Origin: a bacterium
GTDB taxonomy: Bacteria > UBA8248 > JACPRG01 > G963555815
NCBI GenBank assembly: GCA_963555815.3
Contig: CAUVWX020000001.1
Coordinates: forward strand, 256,001-320,000
DNA: 64,000 nt
Direction of reading: 5' to 3'
The notes under the pieces were generated by a model. The model made no database searches, was not told where the DNA came from, and worked only from the letters and a program-made list of their open reading frames with translations. The position numbers were made by a program, and so were the translations under genes. This document shows, piece by piece, positions 8,640 through 18,585 of this stretch (position 1 is the first letter of the stretch; each line of letters begins with the position of its first letter).

Positions 8640-10451
8640 CTAACGGCCCTCAAGCTCGTGGAGGAAGTTTTGAACCTGTTGAGCGTGAGGGGCTCCTATC
8701 TTTCGGAATATCTGGAGGGCCTCTCTCGTGTAGAGGATGGCTTGGCCCGTTGAACCCTGACTGTCTGCGATGACAGCAAGGTTGAAAAGGGTCTCGGCGA
8801 CACCCAATTCGTTGTCAAGCCCTCTGCTGATCTCCAGGCTCTCCTGGTAGAAGCTCCTGGCCTCTTCATAGCGCCCCTGCCTTCTCGCGACAATCCCCAG
8901 GTTGTTCAGCGTCTCCCCAACACCTCGTACGTCCCCAATTCTCCTTCTGACCTCCAGGGCCTCCTGGTAAAACCGCTCGGCCTCATCAAAGCGCCCCTGC
9001 GTCCAGGCGACATTGCCGAGGTTATGCAGCGTCCTTCCGACAAACACATGGTTGCCAAGTTCTCTATTGATTTTTAGGCTCTCCTGGTAGAGAACCTCGG
9101 CTTCATCGTAGCGCCCGCGTCTCCAGACGAGTATTCCCAGGTTACTCAGCGTCTCCCCGACACCTTGCTGATCGCCAACCCTTCTTCGAACGGTCAAGCT
9201 CTCCAGCAAAAGCCTCTCGGCCTCTTCGTAGCGCCCGCGTCTTGCGTCGGCTATCCCCAGGTTGTTCAGCGCTTCTCCGACGCCCCGCTCATCTCCAATT
9301 CTTCTTCTGATCTCCAAGCTTTCCTGGTAAAGCTCCCCGGCCTCGTCATATCGCCCACGACCTTCAGCGACATCGCCAAGGCTGTTCAGTGTCTTTGCAA
9401 CGCCCGTCTCATTGCCCGTCTTCTTTCTAATCTCCAGGCTTTCCTGATAGAGACTCTCGGCCTCTTCGTAGCGCCCCAGGGTCCGGGCGATTAAGCCAAG
9501 GTTATTCAGGGTCACCGAAACCCCGGGCTCATCGCCGATCCTCCTCCTAATCTCCAGGCCCTCTTCGAGGAGCTCCACACCCTCCTCGTAACGCCCGCGG
9601 CTCACGGCGACCAACCCCAGGCTATTGAGGATGCCTGCTCTCCCCTTCTCATCTCCCTTCTTCGTGAAAAGCGAAAGGGCACGGCGCTCGGCCTCCTCCG
9701 CCTCGTCCCATCTCTCGTCTTTTGTAAGGATAGTCCCAAACCCTTGCCAGGCTTCAGGGTAGTCCGGGTCGAGGGAAAGGGCCGCTCGGTAGAGGCCTAT
9801 GGCGTCGGCTGAGCGGTTTTGCTCATTCGCCTCGTTTCCTTTGGCAAACAAGGCATAGGCATCCAGACTCTTGGCGGGCGGGCTTTGAACCCTCTCCTTC
9901 GTTTCCTCGGAAACCTCTATCCTCTCGTCTGCAGGTGAAGAGGCCACCTTGCCGTTAATCACTCTGCGGTTCATGACCTCAACGGCCCCAAGGGAAAGCG
10001 CTGTGAGGGCCTCAAAGAGACGGTCATCCAGGGGGCTGACGTGGTTTAAGTCTCCAAGAAGTGCCCCTGTTTCAACGTCTACAAGACGAAGGCTGAACTC
10101 GGCGCTTCCAACCACGGCGGCAAAGGAGCCAAGAATGACGACCTTCGCTCCAAGAAATCCTCCAACCCGCGCGGCCTTATCCGGGTTGAAGAGGTCGGAA
10201 CGTTGAAGGCGGAGATCCTGAACGAGCTTTTTCCACTGGGCCCGCTCAATCACCTGGACACCGGGGACCTCGGAGATCTTCCCGGCGAGGGTTTCGGGCA
10301 CGTTGAGGCCGATCCAGGAGTACTTCTCCCTCGTCTCAGCGTTAGACCGGTTCTCAAAGTCAAGGACAGCGACCCGACGGGCCGCCTCGGCAGGAAGGAC
10401 AAAGAGAAGAAAGTTCAAAATAACGAGAATGAAAATTCGGCGAATGACCAA
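8640..10451 (-). CDS. Secreted protein with CsgG/TolB-N-like domain and C-terminal TPR array (start uncertain, probably TTG 10451)
   Basis: Signal-like stretch, then VAVLDFENRS…VIERAQ…LRLVDVETG, then about eight 40-aa repeats (LNNLG…GRYEEA…YQESLEIRR). Confidence 0.8.
   Translation of the reverse strand: MVIRRIFILVILNFLLFVLPAEAARRVAVLDFENRSNAETREKYSWIGLNVPETLAGKISEVPGVQVIERAQWKKLVQDLRLQRSDLFNPDKAARVGGFLGAKVVILGSFAAVVGSAEFSLRLVDVETGALLGDLNHVSPLDDRLFEALTALSLGAVEVMNRRVINGKVASSPADERIEVSEETKERVQSPPAKSLDAYALFAKGNEANEQNRSADAIGLYRAALSLDPDYPEAWQGFGTILTKDERWDEAEEAERRALSLFTKKGDEKGRAGILNSLGLVAVSRGRYEEGVELLEEGLEIRRRIGDEPGVSVTLNNLGLIARTLGRYEEAESLYQESLEIRKKTGNETGVAKTLNSLGDVAEGRGRYDEAGELYQESLEIRRRIGDERGVGEALNNLGIADARRGRYEEAERLLLESLTVRRRVGDQQGVGETLSNLGILVWRRGRYDEAEVLYQESLKINRELGNHVFVGRTLHNLGNVAWTQGRFDEAERFYQEALEVRRRIGDVRGVGETLNNLGIVARRQGRYEEARSFYQESLEISRGLDNELGVAETLFNLAVIADSQGSTGQAILYTREALQIFRKIGAPHAQQVQNFLHELEGR
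8760..9660 (-). repeat. 120-bp-period coding tandem repeat (40-aa TPR units)
   Basis: The motif c(t/g)tc(g/a)tagcgccc and close variants recur every 120 bp, near 8865, 8985, 9105, 9225, 9345, 9465 and 9585. Confidence 0.8.
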
Positions 10452-10758
10452 CAGGGATATCTCCCGAAAAGAGATCTTGATGCTACAGGGCGCGGCAAGA
10501 TCGGGACAAGGCGTTTCTGAGACAGACCGGCCCGGGGGAGATACGAAGCCCAGCCCCGCGTGAAAAACTGACAGAATGAGAAGCGGATGGGGGGCAGGAT
10601 GAGACCGGCTAGTGATATATTGATCAATAAAACAATAAGTTAGTGGAACTATAGGTTTTATATATCTTTTATACAAATATTATCAATATTTCCAATTTGT
10701 AATACGCCGGTGAGTCAGTATATTTGGGCGGACTTTCTCCAAAATCGGGGGGGATGCG

Positions 10759-11637
10759 GTGAAAAGTGTGAGGCCATTTTCAAAAACATCGTGCGCAACG
10801 CTCCTCTTTCTCTTGAGCCTCTTTTCGGCCTCTTTCCTCTTCGCCGAGAAACCCAAGATTCTTCGTGTCTCAGCCATCCCCGACGAAAACCCCACAGAGC
10901 TCCTTCGCAAAAACGCGCCCCTTGTCCAATATCTTGAAAAGGAGCTCGGCATGAAGGTGGAGTTCACCCCCCTGGTGAACTATGCCGCCACTGTAGAAGC
11001 CCTCGCCGCAGGGAAGCTGGACCTCGTCTGGTACGGTGGTTTCACCCATGTCCAGGCAAGGCAAAGGACGGGAGACGCCCTGGCGATCGTGATGCGCACG
11101 GAGGACGCCAGTTTTCACTCCAAGTTCATCGCCCGAAAGGACTCGGGTATTCGGTCCCTAAAGGACCTCAAGGGCAAGACCTTCGCCTTCGGGAGCGTGA
11201 GCTCCACCTCCGGCCACCTCATGCCCCGCCATTTCCTTCTCCAGGAGGGGATCGTCCCCGAGCGGGACTTCGCGAGGTTCAGTTACAGCGGCGCCCATGA
11301 CGCGACGGCCAAGTGGGTGGAGGCGGGCCAAGTGGACGCAGGGGCCCTCAACGAGGCGGTCTGGGAGAGGCTCGTTCAAGAGGGCAAGGTGGACGTGGAC
11401 AAGGTGGAGGTCTTTTGGACGACCCCTGACTATGTGGACTACAACTGGACGGCCCGGGGGGGCTTGGACCGGAAGCTGGTCAGCCGGATCGTCTGGGCCT
11501 TTTTGAACCTGGATTACTCAAACCCAGAGCACAAAGAAATCCTGGACCTTCAGCGGACCAAGGGCTACATCCTGGCCACGGAAGATGATTTCACCGGGAT
11601 TGAGGCCGCCGCAAAGGCGACAGGACTCCTGAAATAG
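10759..11637 (+). CDS. phnD: PhnD-family ABC substrate-binding protein (putative selenate-type subfamily)
   Basis: SAIPDENPTELLRK, LDLVWYGGFT, FAFGSVSSTSGHLMP, SGAHDAT, YVDYNW. Confidence 0.82.
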   Translation: MKSVRPFSKTSCATLLFLLSLFSASFLFAEKPKILRVSAIPDENPTELLRKNAPLVQYLEKELGMKVEFTPLVNYAATVEALAAGKLDLVWYGGFTHVQARQRTGDALAIVMRTEDASFHSKFIARKDSGIRSLKDLKGKTFAFGSVSSTSGHLMPRHFLLQEGIVPERDFARFSYSGAHDATAKWVEAGQVDAGALNEAVWERLVQEGKVDVDKVEVFWTTPDYVDYNWTARGGLDRKLVSRIVWAFLNLDYSNPEHKEILDLQRTKGYILATEDDFTGIEAAAKATGLLK

Positions 11638-11692
11638 GGTTTTCCCATTTGGGCTTCCATCTCTCGTCTTCAGACTGAAGGACGCGAACATC

Positions 11693-12496
11693 TTGTTCTT
11701 GCTTCAAGGGGTGGATAAAAAATTTCGTCGGGGGGAAGTCGCCCTCCACGGGGTGGACCTTTCCATCGGCCCCGGCGAGCGGGTGGCCTTTATCGGACCC
11801 AGCGGGGCCGGAAAGACCACCCTCTTCCGGATCCTGAATTTCAGTCTCCGGCCCTCCCAGGGCAAGGTCTTCTTCGAAGGAAGCCTGGTGGATGGAATCG
11901 GCGGAAGACGTCTTCGGCGGTTGAGGCGAAAGATCGGAACTATCTACCAGCACCACAACCTGGTCCCAAGACTTCGGGTCGTCCACAACGTGCTGGCCGG
12001 CCGTCTTGGAGCCTGGTCCACCCCTCGGGCCCTCCTCTCGCTCGTCCGTCCCGCGGAGGTGGACCTCGCCTACTCGGCCCTCCTCCAGGTGGGCATCCCA
12101 CAAAAACTCTTTGCCCGGACCGATGAGCTTTCCGGGGGGCAGCAGCAGCGGGTCGCCATCGCCCGGGTGCTCCTTCAGGATCCCGCTTGCATCCTGGCTG
12201 ACGAGCCCGTCTCCTCGGTGGACCCCTCCCTGGCAAAGCGGATTGTCCGCCTCCTCATCGACCTCAGTTCTAAGCAGGCGAAAACCCTCGCCATGAATCT
12301 TCACAACGTGGACTTGGCCCTCGCCCATTTCCCCCGGGTCATCGGCCTCAAGGATGGGCAGATTCTCTTTGACAAAGAGCCCCAGTCCATCACGCCAGAG
12401 GATCTGAAGGCCCTCTTCCCCACCCCCACAGAGGGGGCCGGCATCCTCTCTACGGAGCAGGCCTATCTTGAGCGCCCGTTCGTGGCCCGCATCTAG
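11693..12496 (+). CDS. phnC: PhnC-like ABC ATP-binding protein
   Basis: GPSGAGKTT, LSGGQQQRVAIAR, ADEPVSSVDP. Confidence 0.88.
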   Translation: MFLLQGVDKKFRRGEVALHGVDLSIGPGERVAFIGPSGAGKTTLFRILNFSLRPSQGKVFFEGSLVDGIGGRRLRRLRRKIGTIYQHHNLVPRLRVVHNVLAGRLGAWSTPRALLSLVRPAEVDLAYSALLQVGIPQKLFARTDELSGGQQQRVAIARVLLQDPACILADEPVSSVDPSLAKRIVRLLIDLSSKQAKTLAMNLHNVDLALAHFPRVIGLKDGQILFDKEPQSITPEDLKALFPTPTEGAGILSTEQAYLERPFVARI

Positions 12497-13316
12497 GCCT
12501 CGCCGCCTAGGCCTTTTCCTCCTTCTTCTCTTTCTCCTATCCCTCGTCGTGAGCTACCGCGCCGCTGAGGTGAGACCCTTTCAGCTTTTTTTTGGAGAGG
12601 GCCGGGACAATCTCCTGGTCTTTGTCCGGGGAATGTTCCCTCCGGACTTTTCGCCGGACTTCCTTCGTTTCATCCTGCGTCCGACGCTGGAGACGATTCA
12701 GATCTCCGTCATGGGGACTGCCCTCGCCATCCTCATCGGGTTTCCCCTCTCCCTCCTGGCGGCGAGCAACCTTACCTTTCGGGGGGTCCTCCATGAGGCC
12801 GAGACGGGAAGACATCCTTGGTCTCGGGCCCTTCGCGCCGTCCCTTACTTCCTCGCCAGGGCCATCCTCAATTTCTTTCGGGCCGTCCCAGAGTTCGTCT
12901 GGGCCCTTCTCTTCGTCCGTGCCGTAGGCCTTGGACCTCTCCCCGGGGTCCTGGCCATCGGGGTGGGCTATGGGGGGATCTTGGGGAAGATCTACGCGGA
13001 GATCTTCGAGGGGGTGGACCCCCGGCCCATCGAAGCCTTTCAGTCCACAGGGGCCTCCCGCCCCTCCATCTTCCTCTACGGCTTTCTGCCCCAGGCCTTC
13101 CCGAACCTACTCTCCTACTCCCTCTATCGCTGGGAATGCGCCATCCGGGCGGCGGCCATCTTGGGGTTTGTGGGAGCCGGGGGGATTGGCCAGCAGATCG
13201 AGCTTTCCCTTCGAATGTTCAATCACCAAGAGGTGGTCACCCTCATCCTTGTCCTCCTTCTTCTTATCTCCGGTGTGGAACAGCTGAGCGCTTTCCTGAG
13301 AAGGCAGATCGCCTGA
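12468..13316 (+). CDS. phnE: PhnE-like ABC permease 1
   Basis: RAVPEFVWALLFVRAVGLGP, YRWECAIRAAAILGFVGAGGIG. Confidence 0.87.
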   Translation: MSARSWPASRPRRLGLFLLLLFLLSLVVSYRAAEVRPFQLFFGEGRDNLLVFVRGMFPPDFSPDFLRFILRPTLETIQISVMGTALAILIGFPLSLLAASNLTFRGVLHEAETGRHPWSRALRAVPYFLARAILNFFRAVPEFVWALLFVRAVGLGPLPGVLAIGVGYGGILGKIYAEIFEGVDPRPIEAFQSTGASRPSIFLYGFLPQAFPNLLSYSLYRWECAIRAAAILGFVGAGGIGQQIELSLRMFNHQEVVTLILVLLLLISGVEQLSAFLRRQIA

Positions 13317-14161
13317 TGGCATCTACCATCCCCCAGAGATCCCGGCCCGCTGTCCTCGCCTGGGCCATGCCCGGATTCCTCCTCGCCCTTTTTATCTGGA
13401 GCTACCTGGGGGTGGGGGGAAACCTCGGCGAACTTTTTGGGCCCGAAGGAAGGGCCGGGATGGCGGACTATGTCAAGCGCCTCTATCCTCCGAACCTCGA
13501 AGGGGAATTTTTGTTGGAGGTCGGGAAGGCGGCCCTCGAGACCCTGTCCATTTCTTTCATGGGCACCTTCATCGCGGCTCTCTTGGGCGGGGCACTGGTC
13601 TTCCTCGCCTCGTCAAACCTCATGTTCAGCGGAATCCTCTTTGAAAGGGAGGGAGGATGGGGTCTTGCCAGAGGTTTTAGGATGGCCCTCTTCGGGCTCT
13701 CTCGGGCGATCCTCAGCATCCTGAGATCCATCCCCGAGATCGTTCTCGCCATGATCTTCATCTTCGCGGTGGGCCTCGGCCCCTTCCCGGGGGTCCTGGC
13801 CCTGGGGCTCCACACCGGAGGCGTCCTCGGAAAACTTTTCTCGGAGGTGGTCGAGGACATCGACTCGCGCCCCCTGGAATCCCTTCAGGCAACAGGGGCC
13901 TCAAGATTGAAGATCCTTCTCTACGGCGTTCTCCCCCAGGTGCTGCCCCAGTTCCTCTCTTACACCCTCTATCGCTGGGAGGTGAACATCCGGACAGCGG
14001 CCATCCTGGGAATCGTGGGGGCGGGGGGAATTGGACTAAAGCTTCACATCGCCGTCTCTCTCTTCCTCGAGGATCAGCTCCTCACCCTCATCGCCGTCCT
14101 CTTCGCCATGGTCACGGCGGTGGACTACCTGAGCCACGCCGTTCGAAAGAGACTCATTTAA
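13316..14161 (+). CDS. phnE: PhnE-like ABC permease 2
   Basis: ATG overlaps the upstream TGA (TGATG); RSIPEIVLAMIF, YRWEVNIRTAAILGIVGAGGIG. Confidence 0.87.
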   Translation: MASTIPQRSRPAVLAWAMPGFLLALFIWSYLGVGGNLGELFGPEGRAGMADYVKRLYPPNLEGEFLLEVGKAALETLSISFMGTFIAALLGGALVFLASSNLMFSGILFEREGGWGLARGFRMALFGLSRAILSILRSIPEIVLAMIFIFAVGLGPFPGVLALGLHTGGVLGKLFSEVVEDIDSRPLESLQATGASRLKILLYGVLPQVLPQFLSYTLYRWEVNIRTAAILGIVGAGGIGLKLHIAVSLFLEDQLLTLIAVLFAMVTAVDYLSHAVRKRLI

Positions 14162-14197
14162 GTTCCCCCCTCAACGTCTTCAGCGTCTTCAGTGTAT

Positions 14198-14935
14198 TTA
14201 ACGGGTGAGCCCGAGCTTCTTGAGAAGCGGGCCAAGGTCGAGATGTGCCTCAACGGCCTGAATGAGGGTGGAGACAGCGGGGGTATGGGCCTTCCTCGAA
14301 GGGACCTCGGTGAGGTGGGGAAGAACACCCAGGACAGGGATCTCCGTGAGACTTTTCAGGATTTCAAAGTTTGTCTCCTCAGCGGGGCTCGAGGAAGGGG
14401 ACGTGGCGCTCAAGACGATGCCGAGAATTTCTAAACCCCTTCGCGCCGCCGTCTCGACGGTGAGCAGGGTGTGGTTCAGCGTGCCAAGGCCAAGGCGTCC
14501 CACGACGAGAAGGGGAAGATTCAAACGAAGGGCCAGATCGGAGACTAAAAAATCCCGGCGGATGGGGACGAGAAGACCCCCTATTCCCTCGACCAGCGTC
14601 ACGTCATGAGCCAAGCGGAGTTCGTCATAGGCCGAGCAAATCCGCTCGAGGTCGATCTCGACTCCACTCCGCCCGGCGGCGATGAAAGGAGCAAGGGACT
14701 CCTCGAAGCGGTAGGGGCAGACGACGTCCAGCGGGGCGTCGCAACCCGCCATCTCCTTGACAAAGAGGGCGTCCGGCGGGACGAGGCGTCCTTCTTCCCG
14801 CGGACACCCACTCTCCGCAGGCTTCATGGCCCCGACGCGATAGCCTCTCTTCCTCAGGGCGCCGGCAATCCCCCCCGCCACAAGGGTTTTTCCCACATCG
14901 GTGTCCGTCCCGGCGATGAGAAGTCCTTTGCCCAT
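14198..14935 (-). CDS. bioD: Dethiobiotin synthase
   Basis: MGKGLLIAGTDTDVGKT, KPAESG, VEGIGGLLVP, LGTLNHTLLT. The ORF-track 5' extension is antisense to the neighbouring lyase gene. Confidence 0.92.
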   Translation of the reverse strand: MGKGLLIAGTDTDVGKTLVAGGIAGALRKRGYRVGAMKPAESGCPREEGRLVPPDALFVKEMAGCDAPLDVVCPYRFEESLAPFIAAGRSGVEIDLERICSAYDELRLAHDVTLVEGIGGLLVPIRRDFLVSDLALRLNLPLLVVGRLGLGTLNHTLLTVETAARRGLEILGIVLSATSPSSSPAEETNFEILKSLTEIPVLGVLPHLTEVPSRKAHTPAVSTLIQAVEAHLDLGPLLKKLGLTR

Positions 14936-15142
14936 GATCGAAATCACCTCTCCGTTGACCCCCGAATCCCTCCACTCTATACTGATTTTTTTGCTTTTGA
15001 TGCCCCGATTTGCCGATGGGCCCGACAAAAGATTGCCGAGTCGTCCTGTGTAAAAAATTCCTTTGTCGTAGATTTCGAAGCCGCCCGGTTCCTGCCAGAA
15101 AAAGGGCGGCCAAGGCAATGGAAAACCTGACGGGGGAAGACG

Positions 15143-16555
15143 ATGAATAAGAAGTTCAGGGTCGAGAAGGATTCTCTGGGGGATGTCAAGGTACCGGCCG
15201 ACGCCCTTTATGGCGCCCAGACGCAGCGAGCGGTGCACAACTTTCCCGTGAGCGGGGTCCGGGAACATCCCGATTTCATCAAGGCCTACGCCCTTATCAA
15301 AAAGGCTGCTGTCGAAGCGGCACACTCTCTGAAAGCGATGGACAGATGGCGGGCTCAGGCCATCGTAAAGGCCGCGAACGAGGTTATCTCGGGAAAGCAC
15401 CAAAAAGAATTCGTCCTCGACGTCTTTCAAGCTGGGGCGGGAACCTCCTTCAACATGAACACCAATGAGGTCATCGCCAACCGGGCCCTGGAGATCCTCA
15501 AAAAACCTAAGGGGAACTACAAGACCCTTTCGCCCAACGACCATGTCAACTTCGGCCAGAGCACCAACGACAGTTTCCCGACGGCGATCCGCCTGGGAGG
15601 GCTCTTCCAGCGGCAAAAACTCCTTCCCGTCCTGGACAACCTGGCAAAAGCCTTTGAGGCGAAAGGACGAGAGTTTCAAGGGGTCCTCAAATCGGGCCGG
15701 ACCCATCTGCAGGACGCCGTCCCCATCACGCTCGGCCAGGAGTTTCGGGCCTACGGGGCAGCCCTTCGACGCGCCCGAAGACGCCTCAAAGACGCAAGCG
15801 ACGAGCTTCTGGAACTCCCCCTCGGGGGAAACGCGGTCGGGACCGGAGTCAACACCCCAAAGGGGTTCCGAGAAAGGGTGGTCCGAAACCTCGCCCGCTA
15901 CACGCGCCTCAAGCTCCGCCCTTCCGACGACCCCATGGAGATGATCCAATCCCAGCAGCCCGTCGCCGCCACCTCCGGAGCCCTTCGGGACCTCGCGTTG
16001 GAGCTGAGCCGCATCGCAAGCGATCTCAGGCTTCTGTCCTCGGGGCCGACGACGGGGATCGACGAGATCCGGCTTCCCCCGGTCCAGCCGGGCTCTTCCA
16101 TCATGCCCGGCAAGGTGAACCCGGTGATGGCCGAGTGCCTCAACATGATAGCTTTTCAGGTCATCGGCTACGACACGACCATCGCCCACGCTGTCCAGGG
16201 GGGCCAGCTGGACCTCAACGTCATGATGCCGATCATGGCCTATGACCTCATGATGGCCTTTGAGATCCTCATCAACTACCTTCCGGTCTTTCAGAAGAAG
16301 TGCGTCGATGGGATCAAGGCGCAACCTGAGCGCTGCCTCGGCTATCTGGAGAAGAACCCTGCCCTGGCAACTCTCCTGAACCCCTTCATCGGCTATCTCC
16401 AGGCGGGCGAGATCGCAAAACAAAGTGTTCGAGAGGATCGAAGTGTCCTCGATATTGTGCGGGAGAAAAAAATCCTCACCGAGGCCCAGATCAAAGCGGT
16501 CTTCTCGGTCAAAAATCTCACGGGCCACCTGGAACGGGACTCAAAAAGGCGCTAG
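15143..16555 (+). CDS. Aspartate ammonia-lyase / class II fumarate hydratase
   Basis: GAGTSFNMNTNEV, QSTND, GRTHLQDAVP, GSSIMPGKVNP. AspA versus FumC not resolved. Confidence 0.9.
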   Translation: MNKKFRVEKDSLGDVKVPADALYGAQTQRAVHNFPVSGVREHPDFIKAYALIKKAAVEAAHSLKAMDRWRAQAIVKAANEVISGKHQKEFVLDVFQAGAGTSFNMNTNEVIANRALEILKKPKGNYKTLSPNDHVNFGQSTNDSFPTAIRLGGLFQRQKLLPVLDNLAKAFEAKGREFQGVLKSGRTHLQDAVPITLGQEFRAYGAALRRARRRLKDASDELLELPLGGNAVGTGVNTPKGFRERVVRNLARYTRLKLRPSDDPMEMIQSQQPVAATSGALRDLALELSRIASDLRLLSSGPTTGIDEIRLPPVQPGSSIMPGKVNPVMAECLNMIAFQVIGYDTTIAHAVQGGQLDLNVMMPIMAYDLMMAFEILINYLPVFQKKCVDGIKAQPERCLGYLEKNPALATLLNPFIGYLQAGEIAKQSVREDRSVLDIVREKKILTEAQIKAVFSVKNLTGHLERDSKRR

Positions 16556-16620
16556 AAATGGGGCTTGGGAACGATTCGACCATCATTGCAGGAACGGCTA
16601 AACAACTTCACAAGGTGGCC

Positions 16621-17052
16621 GTGATAAAACCCCGATTGATGACCACTGGTTAGGCGGCACTGATGTGCGCGGCGCTGTTGCTCGCCTCCCCAATTTCTAG
16701 CCCCGCTGCTGGCGAAAGCCAAAAAACACTTGTTGACGTTCAAGACGTCGCCGTAGAAAAGGTGAACGGGAACATTTTTAGCGTGACAGTGAGCGGGATC
16801 GTCCGGACCGCGGGGTGGATAGTAAATCTACACTCCACAATCTATGACGCACCGCCGGAGATCTGGGTCATCCAAGCGGTGGGAATTGAACCGACTGGTT
16901 TCGTGGCGCAGGTGATCACCCCCTGGACCAGGTCCATCGAACTGAATTTGCCGAAGGAGACCCAGCAGGTCTCAGTGGAAGGGGGTAACCAAACAATCGC
17001 TAAGCCGGTCCCTTGGCAGCAAAAACGCGGGGAGGATCACCCCACACGCTAG
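16621..17052 (+). CDS. Hypothetical secreted beta-rich protein; signal peptide interrupted by in-frame TAG (16651-16653), or start at ATG 16663
   Basis: GTG 16621 after AAGGTGG gives MIKPRLMTTG*AALMCAALLLASPISSPAAG…. Confidence 0.5.
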
Positions 17053-18407
17053 GAAGCGAGCTCGTTCAGAAGGTGGGCGGCGGTCAGGGTGCCCCGGTAA
17101 AAATTCTCCACCGCAAGACGCTCGTTCGGCGAGTGGATCCGATCATCAGGGCCCCCAAAGCCAATCAGAAGACTTTCAAGACCCAGGACCTCCTTCAGGG
17201 TCGCAACGACGGGGATTGACCCCCCCTCCCGAATGAGGACAGGGGCCTTCCCAAACCCCTTCTCCACGGCCCGGCCGGCCGCGGCCATGGCCGGACTCCT
17301 GGGATCAAGAAGAACAGGCTTTCCCCCCCCGTAATACTTGACCTCGATCTGAACCGTCTCAGGACATTTTTTTCTTATGTAGTCTTCAAATATTTGACTC
17401 ACCTTCTCTGGGTCCTGGTTCGGGACAAGCCGCATGCTCACCTTCGCCCCAGCTTGAGATGGGATGATGGTTTTTACCCCAGACCCTGCGTAGCCCCCGT
17501 AGAGGCCATTCACCTCAAGGGTGGGACGGGCCCACCGCCGCTCCAGCGTCGTGAAACCCTCCTCGCCCGAGAGTTTCAGGCTCCCAGTCGTCTGGAGATA
17601 GGCCCCCTCGTCAAAGGGCAGCTTCGCAAAAGCCTCCCGCTCCCAGTCTGAAGGGGGAATCACGTCATCATAGAACCCGGGGAGGGTCACGCGGCCAGAG
17701 GCCTTGAGTCCGTCGAGGAGTTCAATCAGGACCTGGGCCGGGTTTGCGATGGTGCCGCCGTAGCCCCCAGAATGGAGGTCATGGGAAGGGCCCGTCAAGA
17801 CCACCTCCAAAAAGGCGATTCCCCGGAGCCCGTAAAGGATGGCGGGAACCCCATCGGTGAAGAGAGAGGAATCCGAGACGGCGGCATAGTCCGCCCGCAG
17901 AAGATCTTTTTTTGCGCGCAGGAATTCCTCCATATGCGGGCTTCCCACCTCCTCTTCACCCTCGATAAAAAATTTGACGTTGAGGGGAAGCCTCCCTTTC
18001 GTCTTCAGAAAGGCCTCGGAGGCCTTCAGGTGAGCAAAGTGTTGGCCCTTGTTGTCATGGACCCCTCGGGCGAAGAGATACCCATCTCGAACCTCGGGCT
18101 CAAACGGAGGGCTCTGCCAGAGATCGAGCGGGTCCGGGGGCTGGACATCGTAGTGGCCGTAGATGAGGAGCGTTTTCGCCCCTTTCGCCCCCATCCACTC
18201 GCCATAGACGACGGGAAGACCGGGGGTGGAGAGTAGATTTGTCTTGAAACCAATGGACTGGAGGCGGTCCTTCACAAATTCGGCGCAGGCCAGGGTTTTC
18301 TTCCGATAGGCCGGGTCCGCGCTGACGCTGGGAAAACGAAGGAACTCTTTCAGCTCCTCCAGCGCTTTCTGCCGCCCTTTTTCAATGTGTTCCAGAACTT
18401 CTTTCAT
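17049..18407 (-). CDS. M20-family dipeptidase
   Basis: YGHYDVQPPDP, ARGVHDNKGQ, EGEEEVGS, DLHSG, GGSIP, HSPNE. Confidence 0.92.
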   Translation of the reverse strand: MKEVLEHIEKGRQKALEELKEFLRFPSVSADPAYRKKTLACAEFVKDRLQSIGFKTNLLSTPGLPVVYGEWMGAKGAKTLLIYGHYDVQPPDPLDLWQSPPFEPEVRDGYLFARGVHDNKGQHFAHLKASEAFLKTKGRLPLNVKFFIEGEEEVGSPHMEEFLRAKKDLLRADYAAVSDSSLFTDGVPAILYGLRGIAFLEVVLTGPSHDLHSGGYGGTIANPAQVLIELLDGLKASGRVTLPGFYDDVIPPSDWEREAFAKLPFDEGAYLQTTGSLKLSGEEGFTTLERRWARPTLEVNGLYGGYAGSGVKTIIPSQAGAKVSMRLVPNQDPEKVSQIFEDYIRKKCPETVQIEVKYYGGGKPVLLDPRSPAMAAAGRAVEKGFGKAPVLIREGGSIPVVATLKEVLGLESLLIGFGGPDDRIHSPNERLAVENFYRGTLTAAHLLNELAS

Positions 18408-18585
18408 ACCCGGCGAGCCCTCTTTCTTCCCTGAGATTCAAAGGCCAGTTCGATATTCTACGCTCAAAACCAAATTAAGCCCCTGCCCTTTTTTGATCCA
18501 GCTACCTAAGTTATCCTACATTCTTACCAGAGGCAAGAGCAGACGAAACATCTCATCCACTGAATGGGACATTTCCAGAAACGCC

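Noticed and set aside
8760..9660. Periodic repeats as a CRISPR array
   Set aside because: Degenerate 120-bp in-frame coding repeats without unique spacers; no cas genes or CRISPR array seen in the window.
10650..10680. ModE-like TATAT…TACA box upstream of phnD
   Set aside because: Spacing does not fit and such matches are expected in AT-rich DNA.
14936..16528. Apparent 776-aa bioD fusion
   Set aside because: The extension is the antisense of the aspA/fumC gene; BioD motifs begin at ATG 14935.
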